The notes beneath the pieces were generated by a model that did no database searches, was not told the origin of the DNA, and saw nothing but the letters and a program-made list of their open reading frames with translations. From positions 1 to 58,548 of the IMG/VR virus record IMGVR_UViG_3300046167_000506: a stretch of DNA of 58,548 nucleotides. One strand, 5' to 3'. Every line of letters starts with the position of its first letter. Positions within the stretch are counted from its first letter, which is position 1. Shown piece by piece: positions 8,359 through 20,467 of this stretch. The stretch is from a virus (lineage: Duplodnaviria; Caudoviricetes). A program made the translations under genes and the position numbers.

Positions 8359-11300
8359 CTCCTAAATTTAAAAAATAATTTCTAACCATTCCATCTCTGT
8401 ACGATTTCCAAGGATACATACCCCCATCGTATGTGCCTCTGGAGTTTCTGTTGTAAATAGATTTAAGACCGCTAATCTTTTGTGCATTAGTCATGCGCTC
8501 GTAAGAATTGCTAGTCACAAATCTTTTAATCTCATTGTATCTGTATGCACCGAAAGTCTTCATCATAGCGTGAGCATCCTTTGGCATCACATCAATGTAG
8601 TTCGGTTCATTTACATTAAGGCCGTGGTAAGCAGCCTCACTCTTAGTGAGTTGAATCTTTAGTTTACCCACCGGCATAGGATATCCAGGGATCACATCAG
8701 TATCACCAGTCTCTTTGAACAAATTGTATATCTCAATCTTTACCGGGTCAGTCGAACTTATTCTAGATTTAAATACACCAAAGGTGTTGTAGAGCCAAGG
8801 GTGTTCATCTCCGTCACCAAGCATTAAAGACCCGCCGCCTTCTGGAGTTTGAGTGATTGACTCACCCCAAATGTTTACACGAGGAATGACCTGCGTACCA
8901 GTGCCTAGGTAGTTAAATGTTTTATCACGTAAGATGTTATCAAGCACACTAAAGAAGTCTGCGTTAGGATGTCTGTAGTCTGGAAGATACTCACGTCCAG
9001 AACGATAGAATGCGCTGAGCGAGTTCGGTAAGATTACAGAGAATCCAGAGCGTGAAATATTCTCGAGGTACTTGGTAAGCTGTCTCTCACTTGGATCAGC
9101 AAGGAGCTTGATGATACCGTCTATACCAGTAAGGAAAGACTGATTCATCATAGAGCCTAACACCCCAGGAACAACCCCCGTTAAATCTGCGAGGTAATCC
9201 ATAAAGTTGTTTGATCGATTAAGAACTCTTGATTCCATTTGCGCATCACGCATAGTAGACTTTAAGCCTACAGCCTGGGCCGCTATTACCGCACCACCAA
9301 GACCAAGCTTCTGATAGTTAAACCACACATCGTCTGCCTGGAGTGTAGGGTCTTCGCTTCTCAACATCCGTTTGATACCCGTGATATTAATAGAATTTGG
9401 CGGGGCCACAGAATACTTTAAGTCTCTTTCTCTTGAAACATCGGCATCTACCGGTGTAGTAATCAGCCCGCTTTCCATTAATCTTTGTGTAGCCTTATAC
9501 ATCAACCAGCTCATGAATGCTTTTGATAACAACTCAGAAAGCTCACGTTGAGACACTCTTCCTTTTGCTGCTTTCTTTATAGCAATCGTAGCAAGAGGTA
9601 TGGCAGGGTGTGCTAACTGAATACTTTGAGCTAGGATGTTAGCCGGAGTCTTAACGTATGGCATATGCATACGCACTGCAACACGGAAAGCGTTCTCCAA
9701 CACACGACTACGCTCGCCAATCAAATCAGCGGTTCTTGTTATGGCTTTGTTCAGCCAAGTTGCAAACTGGTTATCTTCCTGGAAGGTAACTTTAAGACCT
9801 GCTTGTGTAGCCCTGGTTCTGTATTCCTCATTAGGGTACTTCAAGAATCTATTCATCTCTTCACCGCTTATGCCTAATGACTTGCCTATTCTGTAGAGCT
9901 CGTAGCCCTCCATGAATTTAAAGAACGGCACATCACCAAAGGCTAGTAACCTAAACATAATGTTTGCTGGTGTCCCACCAACTGCCTCTAAGAATTTTTT
10001 AGCGCGGTAGTCGATCTGGTCTAGCTTAGTTCCATTCTTTACAGAGTCCGGGAGCTTATCACTGTTAGCCATGATTAAACCAAACGCTTTAATCGGAGCA
10101 AGCTGAAGCTGCATGTTGTACTCGAACTTATCGTTGGGAACCGTCTCCCCAATAGCACTCTTATACGCGTCTTTGATACCAACACCGAACTGCTTGCCTG
10201 CATAAATTGCAGCGGCTATAGAAGGCGGTAGTGACGCTAGGCTAGGATCAACATCTTTACCCATAGACCTGCGGATACCATTAATCATAACCTCAGCACC
10301 ATACCCAAGAGTTTTATCTAGGGCCATGATAGGAAGTGTAGAAAGGTTGGCGGTAACGTTAACCATCTGAGACACCGGAGTAAGAAGATTTCCCTGGATT
10401 AGCAATCCAATTAATTTACCCCAAGTCATAGCGTACTTGCTATTGAACTGATTCAGTCTCTTATTAGCCTCAGACACTCTACGCTTAGCATCTTCTAGCC
10501 TACCCTCGATATCTCCAATGCGGTCTAGGTCTGTGGTTTCTGCTAGCTCTTTGATCAAGGCTTGAACATCTTGCTGACCATCAAATAAATCATCAACAAT
10601 AACACCCATCTCTTCGTACTCAGTATCCGATAACTTAGTACCGTTTGAATCGTACACGCTATCCACAAGGTCTTTCATTCCTTCTGGTGTCTGGCCTTTT
10701 ATCTCACCGAACTGACGCAGCAATTGCCCCACAGCTGTACCCGTCTCAAAGAATCTTTTTAGAACAGCGCGATACTCTGCTGTACGGCCCTGCTCTTGAA
10801 GCCTCTTGAGATATTCTAGCGTAGCCAACACACGGAAGTCTCCACTTGCCAAGCTGCTCATAGCGTCGTTGACAACCGAAGGGTTCTCCCCGTCATACAA
10901 AGCAACATCTTTCATCTCAGACATTAGCTCCTCAATACTCATCTCTTCTAACCGCTCTTTGATATCGTCAATCTTCTGAGGCTCATAGAATCGAGAAGGA
11001 TCATTTCTTAACTCGGCACGAACGGAAGCTTCAAACGGAACATCCGGACGTAGATTTTGGAACATCTTACGAGCGTGTCTTCTCTCTCTCGTTTCATCTA
11101 ATCTGGCACGATCACCAGAATCGACATACCAATCTGGATTAAAGATACCACCTGCTCTTTCAAACACCTGGTCTTGAGCTTCCTCAAAGCTGATGTTACC
11201 CTTAGCATACTCTTCCCATATGCTGCGAACGTCTTGCTTGTTTTTCTTCTGACCCTTGAATCCTGCAGTAAACAATGTACGAACAGCTTCCCAGGTAATA

Positions 11301-14300
11301 GACTGCATCTCTCTTGCGAGCACTCCTTTTTCTTCTGCAGCTCTACGATATGCTTCAGCATAAGCAAAGTAAATCCCCTTAACACCTAGGTTAGAACTAC
11401 CGGCCTTAACTTTCATTGCAGCTGTGCCTCCACCAAAGTTGTGAAAAACCTCTGCGCTAGATCCTGCCAAAGGAAGTAGCTCAGCCGCCGCCACCGCATG
11501 TGTGTCAATCGTAACGTCACCCTCTGGGGAATTAGGATTGTTAATGTTGTTAAAGAACGAGCGCACCTTATGCTGGTCACCCACCTGCTTATCAATGTTT
11601 TTCATTGTACCGTTAAGCGCAATAGATGTGGCTGAAGAAATCTCAGCGTAAGAACCCCAAGCCATTGTAGACATAGAGCCGTCCGCTTTCTTAGCGTAGC
11701 CAACGCGCTCACCAATAGGGCTAACGACATGGTAGTTGCGGTCTTCAAACATCTCGTTGTACGTGCGCACAAACATCGCAGCATTCATAGCGCCATTGTC
11801 TTCAAGGCTCATAGCACCGAGGGTTTTACCCAGCATGTTTTGCAAGACGGCTTTTCTTTTTAAGTAAGACTCGTATGTCTTTCTATCAGATACCCTTTTA
11901 AATTCTGACTGGGTAAGTATTTTGTTTTTTACTTTACGTGTGTTACCAAGAGCTTTATTGTACATAGACTTAGAAAACTCTGTATCTTTCTGATTACGCA
12001 TAACGCGCATTACCGCCTCAGCTAATGCCATGTTCTGATACCAGTCTTTCTGTGGAGATAAAGCGGCAAGCATACCTGCTGCCTGCTCTTGAGTGTACCC
12101 AAATCTAGCGCCCATGTCTTGAGCGGTAAGGTTCGCGCCCACGTACCAAAGCTTAGAATATTTTCTCACGTCTTCACTAAAGGAGTCATGAAGTCTGATA
12201 AGGTTTTTAGTAGCTCGATCAACGAACACTTCGTAAATCTCATCAGCCTTTTTTAACTGAGCTTCTGTAGGGTTCTTCGTGTCTAGCGCTTTTGTTCCCT
12301 TGATATCGGACATCATTGTATGCGTGCCTAATACAAAAGCCCCGCGAGCATATACAGCTGGAGCATTCTCTCTGGTATAGTCCATAGAGATTTGTCTAGA
12401 CCCGTCGTAGTTTAGCTTAACGTCTGACTTAGCGGATGTAGCACGAGCAGGTGACACGCGGTTACCCGCTTTTATTTTACCTACCGCAGCTGCAACAGTC
12501 TCATCATCTAGTCGAGCGCGGTTGCCGTCCTCCATGTACCTCAGCTTAGACCTTAGTGCTTGAACTAGACTTGACCTTTCTCTTTCTCTGGTCTCAAAGA
12601 TTGGAGCGAATTGACTTTGATAAGATTCAGTTCCGGCAATAGCTTGAGCGCCGTCATCGAACATAGGAGCTTCAAATCTTTCGATCATATCTCTTAGCCC
12701 ATCAGCATCAATGTTCTTTGTGAGAAGCTCTGCTATAGTTCCAGCCTGGAAGTTAAGCGGTCCTCGCACTGGGGACTCGTCTCCTATAGGGTCAGCAATA
12801 TTATAAGGGCCTTCACGGAAACCTTTAAATAATTCAGTGCCATCGAGGTAAGGCAAAATGATCCCATAGTCGTACTGTCTTTCAATGTCATCAGCTGGGT
12901 TCGGGCTGAGGCTAGATTCTGGACCTTTAGGTAATTGCATCTGTTCAAGAATCTGTCCGTTCAACACATACTGTGCTTCCTCTTGATCGTACATCACATC
13001 CTGCATTGTGGTAATAGGCACTCTACCCGGGATGGCCGACTCATGAACAATCTGATCTTTATTTTCCTCTCTAAACGTAGCGGCCTCTTCACCGACAAGA
13101 CCTACTGGGTTCAGCTGGGTAAATGGTTCTCCCCAAAAGAAGTGTTGCTTCTCTGCATAGCCTGGAATAAACGCAGCTTTTGTCTCATTGGATATTTCAT
13201 CCATGAAAACTCTATGCCCAGTCTCTGCCAGACGAGAGCTCATCATCATGTTAGAGTCGTAACCGTCTATATCAAACGCTTCAAACAATGGGTATCCGTT
13301 TAATGTTTTCTCAGTACTAGAAAACCCTAAATTAGCAGCGTGAATGTCTGGATTAACAGCACCTAGCAAAGTAAACGAACCAGTCATTTGCCAAAGATTA
13401 ACAGCGTATCCAATGAGATCTTCAAAGGTCATAGCCCCACTGCTAACCTCTTCACCTACAACTGAGCCACGAACTTCCATTTCGTTCTCAATATACTTGT
13501 TGATCTCTGCGGTCTTGTATGGGTCTTGATATACTTGCATTAAGGTTAACGCAGTAGCTTGAGCGGTTGGTAAGTCTACACCTCCACGCATATTAGGAGT
13601 AGCCATCATTGAGTCATATAGCTCCTCTGCCGGGGCATTATCTATTAACTCTATAGACTTATCATATACATCAGACACAGCGTGTATAATACGTCTATAC
13701 ACATTGTTTACTGAAACATCATAACTACCACCATACTTGTCAACAACCGTTTTCGACAAATCCTTAGTGACAAAGATGACGCCGCTTCTCTGCCAGTCTG
13801 TTGCAGCATCTAAGAACATTGCCCCCAGCTTGTGATACTTAACGAGCCCAGGTAATTTACCGTCATAATCGTAAATGTATCTAGAGGAAATATATGTTTC
13901 TCTTTTGCTGCCCGTTCTTTTAACTACGACATCACCGTCCGGCGTGCCAACAACAAATGCTTTGCCGAAAGCACCCGAGCCAATCTCTTTAATCTTATTG
14001 AATTCAATACCCCCATTAAGCAGGTACTCTTCTATACGAGCACGGTTGCCACCGTCAACATCTGAACGCTCGCTGGGATCAAGCATGGCTTCACGCTGAT
14101 ACTCTTGAAGTATACCATGGAAAGCGGTCTGTACTTGCTCGTTAAAATAGTATATCGAGTCACGCTGTGGAGTGTCTACTTTAGCAGTACCCGGAGCCCC
14201 ATCTACTTTAAACAGCTCATTCTCTAAGACTCTCATTAAGCTGTAGTCTGGGTTCTTGTGCATTAGCTTAACAAGACCAAGAGTCTTTGCTACATGCTTA

Positions 14301-17300
14301 AGAGCTTCTTTGGATTTAGGTGGATTTTTGTCGGCGTCCACGTAGAAATCTTCTGCCTCAAAATCATCCATTCTGATGTCTGGGTCTGCGTCAAGAATGG
14401 CCTTGATTGTAATAGGAGGAACAACTCCAAGCCCTATACTATTGTAGTAAGCTCTAGCGTTGAAATCCTCTTTGCCTAAACTAGTGTAATAGTCTGCGTC
14501 GGCAGCAGCGTATTTGAGCATGCGGTTACCTTCTTGAGCAAACCCTCTGTACTCTTTGGCGACAAGCACATCAATTTCGCTGGTAGGGAAATTACCCGTA
14601 AGCGAATTGTTGTCATATATATCCCCCATAATATCAAAGAACTTAATAGAGGAAAATTTCTCAATCTTATTCTCGGAATCAATGGCCGCAAACCCTACGT
14701 TACCAGCATGAAGATCAGCTGTTCTCAGACCTAACTTCCCAAGGCTTTCGCTCATCGCCATTTGATTGTCTAGGTAAGCCATAGAAACGTCTATCACTTC
14801 CTCTGAAGAAAATCCCTCAACATCAAAATGGGCACGGATAGCATTGTCGATTAGAGTGAATATCATTTCATTGTTGTCGTACAACGCAGATATCTTTTCT
14901 AATGCCCCAGGGTTGTTTATATCAAGATCTTCTAGGCTTTCTTGTCTTACATCAGAATAATCTATACTACTAGGACTTGCTTCGCCCATTGCCCTAACCT
15001 TTTTCTGAAGCTGCTCTATCTTCCCAACACCTACGATCGCAAACGGATTAAACAAAGTATCGTTAATGTCAGAGGCTATGTTTTCTACTACATGCTTTCT
15101 TAAAAGCACAGAATTTAATTCTGACCTAGATACATCTGAATCTAAAACCCTTCGGTTATCTGTGTTGTAGTCTAAACCAAACAGATGATCATACAAGTAA
15201 TTGTAAAGGTTGGTCTTTAAATCTAGAGCTCGCGAGTTTAGTATAGGCTTGAACACGGCTGAGAGGTTGGTTAGTTTCAACTCTCTAAACCCAGAACCTA
15301 CAGTTCTTTGAGCATCATTGATCGGCTCAAGCCTAGCAGCTTTAAGTTCTTCATAAAGCTCTTTTACCATGGTCATATTCTCGATCATGGATTGGTGCTG
15401 AATTTTACTAATCCCTCTGCTAGGATTTGAAGCACCAGAGTAAGGGAAGTTTCTGTTTAGTAGTTCAGCAACATTCTGAAGATCTCCGATTACAGCACCG
15501 ATATTAAGTTGATAAGCAGAATTATCTCTACTAATAACATCCGTCATTGACGTTGGCAAATACTCTTTGAGCTGATATACAAAAGGAACGCCGTCTATAT
15601 CTGAAGCGATTCCTACATCGTAATAATCAGCAAGACCTGGGAGTTTACCTTTAAACTTATCGAAGTAGTTCGTGGCGATATATATCTCGTCAGCACTCTG
15701 TGCTTGCTTAAGAACAACATCTCGACCATCCTTGTCTTTGACCATGAAAGCATAACCAAAAGCACCGCTACCCAGCTTCTTCATGTCAGACAAATCCAGG
15801 GCACGATCAAAAGCATAGTCGATTAATCGAGCACGGTCATCCGCTGTAGGTTCAGACTCAGTACGCATTGCCTCTGCCGGGTTAGGGTTTGGATTTGGCT
15901 GTGCGTTTCTGACAATATCTAATATGTATATCTTATTACCAGTTCTGTATCCCTGCGTAACACGCTCGATCATATTGACCAAGTCGTTGTCACTCTTTAA
16001 GTGGAACTTACCGAGCTTAGCGCCAAGCATCTTGTTGATGACTCGTCTAGTCTTAGCCTTGGCAGTAGCATCAATCTGATTAAGGTTATCGTTAATGTCT
16101 GCAATAATACCAACGATCGCTTCTTCCTCAGCAATAGCAACAGCCTTTGCCTCCGAAGCACCACGCTCTATATAGAACGCCACATATTTACGAAAGCGCT
16201 CATTGATTTTGTTGCGAAGTGTTTCGTTGTTAACGCTTTGCAGGTCATTGAATAGTTTTGTACGAACCGCCGGCTGCAGAACCATAACGTGACGAAGGCC
16301 CTGCATGCGCAAACTCCTCACGTATAGCAGCGGTAGTTGCATTGTACATGACGTGAATTGCAGGACCGCCTTGTCTTTCGTGTTCATAGAAAGCTTCGTA
16401 CGGACCACCAGTGGCACGCTGCAAAGACTCTTTTGTTTTATGAATAATAACACGCGGGGCTTCTGTATACAAACCAACGAATGCATTGAACGCGCTGTTG
16501 AGCATAGCTGCTATACGAGGTGTAACACCGTGGCGTCTTGGGTTTACTGCGCCACCACGAACCTCTACAGAATTGTCTAATTCTTCAACAGCCTCTCGGA
16601 CTTTCTGCGCTTCAGACGCCGCTTCTTCAGCAGCACCTGGCGCTACTCTTTGGGCTGGGCGAGTAGCTGGGCCAACACTTGGTTGCGCTTGCTCTGCGGT
16701 AGGTTCATTAGTCTCTCGTACAGATCCTTCTTCTGCGAACTCGCGCTCGGCTTGTTCAAGGGCTTGTCTTGCTGCTTCATTGTTTTCAATTACTTGGTTA
16801 ACTTTTGCTCTATCTGTAGGATTCTCTTTAGCTGCTAACAGTATTTGATACGCAGCATCTAAAGCGTCTTGGCCGTAGAGCTCAACAACCTCACCGCTTT
16901 CGTTTTTCATTTGCACACGAACACCTTTATCCGCATCTGCAGAAATTGATTCGGGTGATTGTAATGGATTGAATTGGCCTTCGCCAAATATAGATATGGC
17001 ACTAACGCCAGCTTCCTCGTCAATAGTCAATTTTGTTCCTTGCGCCACAGTAGGGTTGTCCTCGCGCTGATAAACAAACGATCCATCTTCTTGCACCGCT
17101 AATGTCTCGCGCTCAGCAATGGCTGGCTCAAACATTCTAATAGTAGACGGGTCAACCTCGCTGCGCTGCCCGAGCTCTACTTTTTCTGTCTCAGTCTCAA
17201 TAACCAGGGTAGGATTCTCTGGGTTCCCTTCTAAGCGAAGAGCGCCTTGTACCTCTGTCCCATCTATAGGACGCTGAGCTATAACCTCTGTACCGTCTTC

Positions 17301-19075
17301 TAGTGTATTAATAGTTACAGCATCCACCTCAGAGCGGCCTTCAGCGATAGAACTGGCATCTGATGAAGCCGTTCCTGGTACAACCGGAGCCTGCATCTGA
17401 TCTAGGGTAGTGGTTTCTACCGCTGGAGCGACAGCCTCAACCTCAAACGTTCCGAAGCCAGTCAGCATGGTTAGAATTTCTCCCCCTAATCTAGACTTAA
17501 GTTTTGTATCTGTTGCATCCTGCATTTCTTTCTGCAGTGCAAATATCTTTTGACTCTTCTCGATCAACTCTACTTGTTGGTCTTGACTGAGTTCTTCGAA
17601 TGCTCTAATGTTTGCATTGAGCATTTCGTATTTCTTGTTTCTAAGCTCCTTAATGTCGTCACGCAAAGTCTGCTTTGCTTCCTTACCCTTTACATCCTTA
17701 AGCTGATCCTTTGTTTCTTGTATTTTTTTCTCTACTATCTGTACGTTACCGTCACCCATTAACGAAGCAGCGGTAGTAATGCTACTACCGTTTGCCTTGT
17801 TCCGATCCGCCCACTGGATATAGTTTCTCTCTGGGGTCGGCGTCATTAGCTCTGTATATCTAGAGCTAGCGCCGCGGGTTAAAGCGGCTGGGGCAGCCAT
17901 TACTGGACCACCTAATGCTTCCATAACAATATCGAGACCCGAGGTAACTTTACCATCTTCAACAAGTTGACCTGCAGTTTCACCTGCAGCACCACCTGCA
18001 GCATCTACTAATATCTCAGCGACCACTGCCTTTGTTTTACTACCTCCAGCTCTTCTGATAGCCTGGGCTGTCGTACCACCACCACCAGCAAGAAGTGCAT
18101 CTACAGAAGCAATAACGGCAGCACGAACCTTACGGTCCTCCATGGCTTGCTTTATTTTTTTTAACCCTTCTTCAGACTCAAAGGTTTGCGCAATTTCTTC
18201 CGGATCTTCAGTATCTATATGCAATTCCTCGAGAGCCATAGAAATAGCTTCTGACATTTCAAGGGCATACGAACCAGCATAAGCACCACCAACCGCAGCG
18301 CCATACGCAGTACCAGCGACATAACCAACGGGGAACTGTGACCTCGGCCAAAGGGACCGCCGGCCAGACCAGCAGATGCGCCAATAGCTTGACCCTCTGT
18401 GATACTCTCTAACACAGTCTTTTGTGCACCACCACTCGCTAAAGCACCAACGGTAGAAGAGAAGAAGTTACCCATCACTTCTGGTATCACCGTTTTCCAC
18501 CAGCCACTAGGCGAGCCAAAGTCTTCCCATCCAGGAGAACCCCGTTCGTCTCTGTATTTGTTTTGGATTTCGTTATAGTAAGCTAGTCGCTCTGCTGCGT
18601 CAACGTTGTTTTCTGGAGCTTCGTCTAAGAGATCTTCTTGCGCGCCAGTGGATAAGCCCATGGCCATAAAGTTGTTGTACCATCTAGCGGTACGCCCAAA
18701 CCAGTCGTCTCTATCAACGAGCCAATCGTCAGCAATAAGCGCGTGACGATATTCTCTATCGTTTGTCTCTTGAGGCTTGTTGTTGGGAGCGGAACTTTGA
18801 GTGAATTGCTGCGACAATAAGTCGTCCGAAAATTCGGTAGCGTCAGTCTTTAACTCGAACGATAAGTCCAACCCAGTGTCTTCCGAGCCAAAACCCATAG
18901 TGTTTGTAACCTGGGGAGGAGGTTGAGTTTGGTCTTTTTTTTTACTAAAAGATTCTAACGCAAGGGTAACATCGTTGTAAGAAAACCCTTGATCGATAGC
19001 CAATGCAAATATACGATCCTCGCTATATCCGCTAGCATAACCACTCTGCAGTAGTTGCAGTAACTCTTCGTTCAT
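8351..19075 (-). CDS. giant (~3570 aa) internal-virion polyvalent protein: zincin-like protease, two kinase-fold domains, DUF7178-like domain, helical C-terminal region
   Basis: three track ORFs (286, 670, 2711 aa) join after removing two extra bases at ~18330-18350 (GPFAEVTVPVGYVAGTAYGAAVGGAYAGSYALEMSEAI) and one at ~16300 (EEFAHAGLRHVM); lies between tail genes and the lysis cassette. Confidence 0.8.
11117..12508 (-). other. DUF7178-like / HhH-glycosylase-like cassette
   Basis: LWY, AALSPQKDWYQN, HKVRSFFNNI, VTIDTHA, YAEAYRRAA, MQSITWEAVR; family name from memory. Confidence 0.6.
12527..14032 (-). other. protein-kinase-fold cassette 2
   Basis: GSGAFG (13964-13981), VVVK, RE helix, DIHAAN (13331-13348), AFDI at the DFG position; shares GKLPGL with cassette 1. 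Confidence 0.85.
14051..15823 (-). other. protein-kinase-fold cassette 1
   Basis: Gly loop GSGAFG (15755-15772), VVLK, DE helix, catalytic DLHAGN (14699-14716), FFDI at the DFG position. Confidence 0.85.
16100..16460 (-). other. zincin-like metallopeptidase domain (EExxH variant)
   Basis: VIIH..EAFY..AIHV..TTAAIREEFAHAG (EEFAH 16305-16319) with downstream EEEA (16118-16129). Confidence 0.55.
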
Positions 19076-19083
19076 CTAGTATG

Positions 19084-20467
19084 TTATTGTGGAGGCGCCG
19101 GTGGACCAGGGAGAGCAGTCTGCTCTGTACTAATCACCTTTAATGAAGCCTCTTGGTTTAACGCATTTTGTTTTTTAAGTGCATTTACATAAGCGGCGTA
19201 TTCTTTACGCCCCTCTGCCCCACTAGGCTTGATCACCCTACTTCTATTCTCGTAACGAGTCATCTCGTTCCACCCCGGCTGAGGAGAATTACTTGTCTCT
19301 CCAGTGTTCGGGTCTTGATAGTATGTAGTTCCGACATTCTCCTTGACAACAATCCCTTGCCCTTCTGGTAGCCGTGCTGCGCCTAGCACAACTCTTTGAT
19401 AGGTAGGGGTAACTTCTTGCCCTGGGTCAGCCTCAATCAACACCTTGATTGGTTTTTCAAAGGTAGGAATATCTGCTGACATTTTTGTTGTGGTCATCAC
19501 TCCACTAGCATAGTCGTAATCTTCTGACGCAAAGGTTACTGCGTCTGCTCCACTGTAGTCCAGACCATTGCTTTCTTGATCTCTTCTTCTTTGATGAGAA
19601 ACACTGGCTTGCCTCCACGCATTGTCTACATACATATCTGTAGCACGCTTCATCTCTTCCGGGTCAGCCATGATGTTCTCAATCCCTACGCTTAAGTCTT
19701 GAGGATCACTGCCGTAATCCATAGCGGCCAGTGAAGCGGCTGCTGAAAACTGAAGCTCTTCTTGTGTAGCAATTCTATTGCGGAGTGTTTTATCAAACTC
19801 ACCTTTTGGGCGGTTATAGTATAGCCCTTCATATCTGCCACCGTAATCTTCAGCAGAAATAATTCTAGGTATAGACGCCTTAGACGGGAATATCATTGCG
19901 TTATCTGGATTGAACATAGGGTCTTGCGAAGCGCGAATACCAACCATATCACCTCCAGAAACAACCACATCGCCAACAGCGAGGGTCGTATCGAACCTCA
20001 GTATATGCAGACTCGTTACCGTGACGCATAGCGATACTCACCCATCATAGTCTCTGTTGAAATACCAAACTTATTTGGCTGAGACATGCCCGTAAGTAAT
20101 GTGCTTTTATCCGCGTTATGTAACCCTTCGTATTGACTTAGGTATGTGTTTGCAGCACCAACAATTCTATTAATACTGTTTAAGTTTTCTTGAGACGGAT
20201 TTTCCTTCATAAGAATCTAGCGCTTGCTTGTATCCCTCGTGATATGCAGTGAATACCTGCTGAGCTTTTGGCGGCAAGAAACTAACAGACCCTTCAGCAG
20301 CAGACATGCTCTTCTCGAAAGAAGCAGCTTGCGCATCCGCACGCTTACGCTCTCTACGATCTTCCTCAGCGCCCATCGAAGCCATCTGGAATTTGTCCTC
20401 TGATTCCCTGGATAGCAGCTTGAGTAGCTCCAGAACTATAGTCTAGTGGTTTTGAAATTAAACTCAT
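19084..20467 (-). CDS. putative internal virion (ejection) protein, ~460 aa, split by several indels
   Basis: ATG at 20467 overlaps the upstream TGA (MSLISKPLDYSSGATQAAIQG...); track ORFs 20170-20385, 20016-20210 and 19084-19968 are consecutive fragments. Confidence 0.6.

Noticed and set aside
13255-13285. AFDIDGYD in the giant protein as a crAss-type virion RNA polymerase DxDxD motif
   Set aside because: It lacks the first Asp of DFDID and lies about 18 residues after DIHAAN, where the kinase DFG-equivalent is expected; no other RNAP motifs were seen.
16795-16820. TDRAKV as a fifth copy of the RAR delimiter
   Set aside because: Only a partial match, and it lies inside a predicted helix rather than at a clear domain boundary.
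16245-18360. Programmed frameshifting at the junctions of the giant ORF
   Set aside because: No clear slippery heptamer or stimulatory structure; similar extra bases occur in several unrelated genes, which favours sequence error (not proven without reads).
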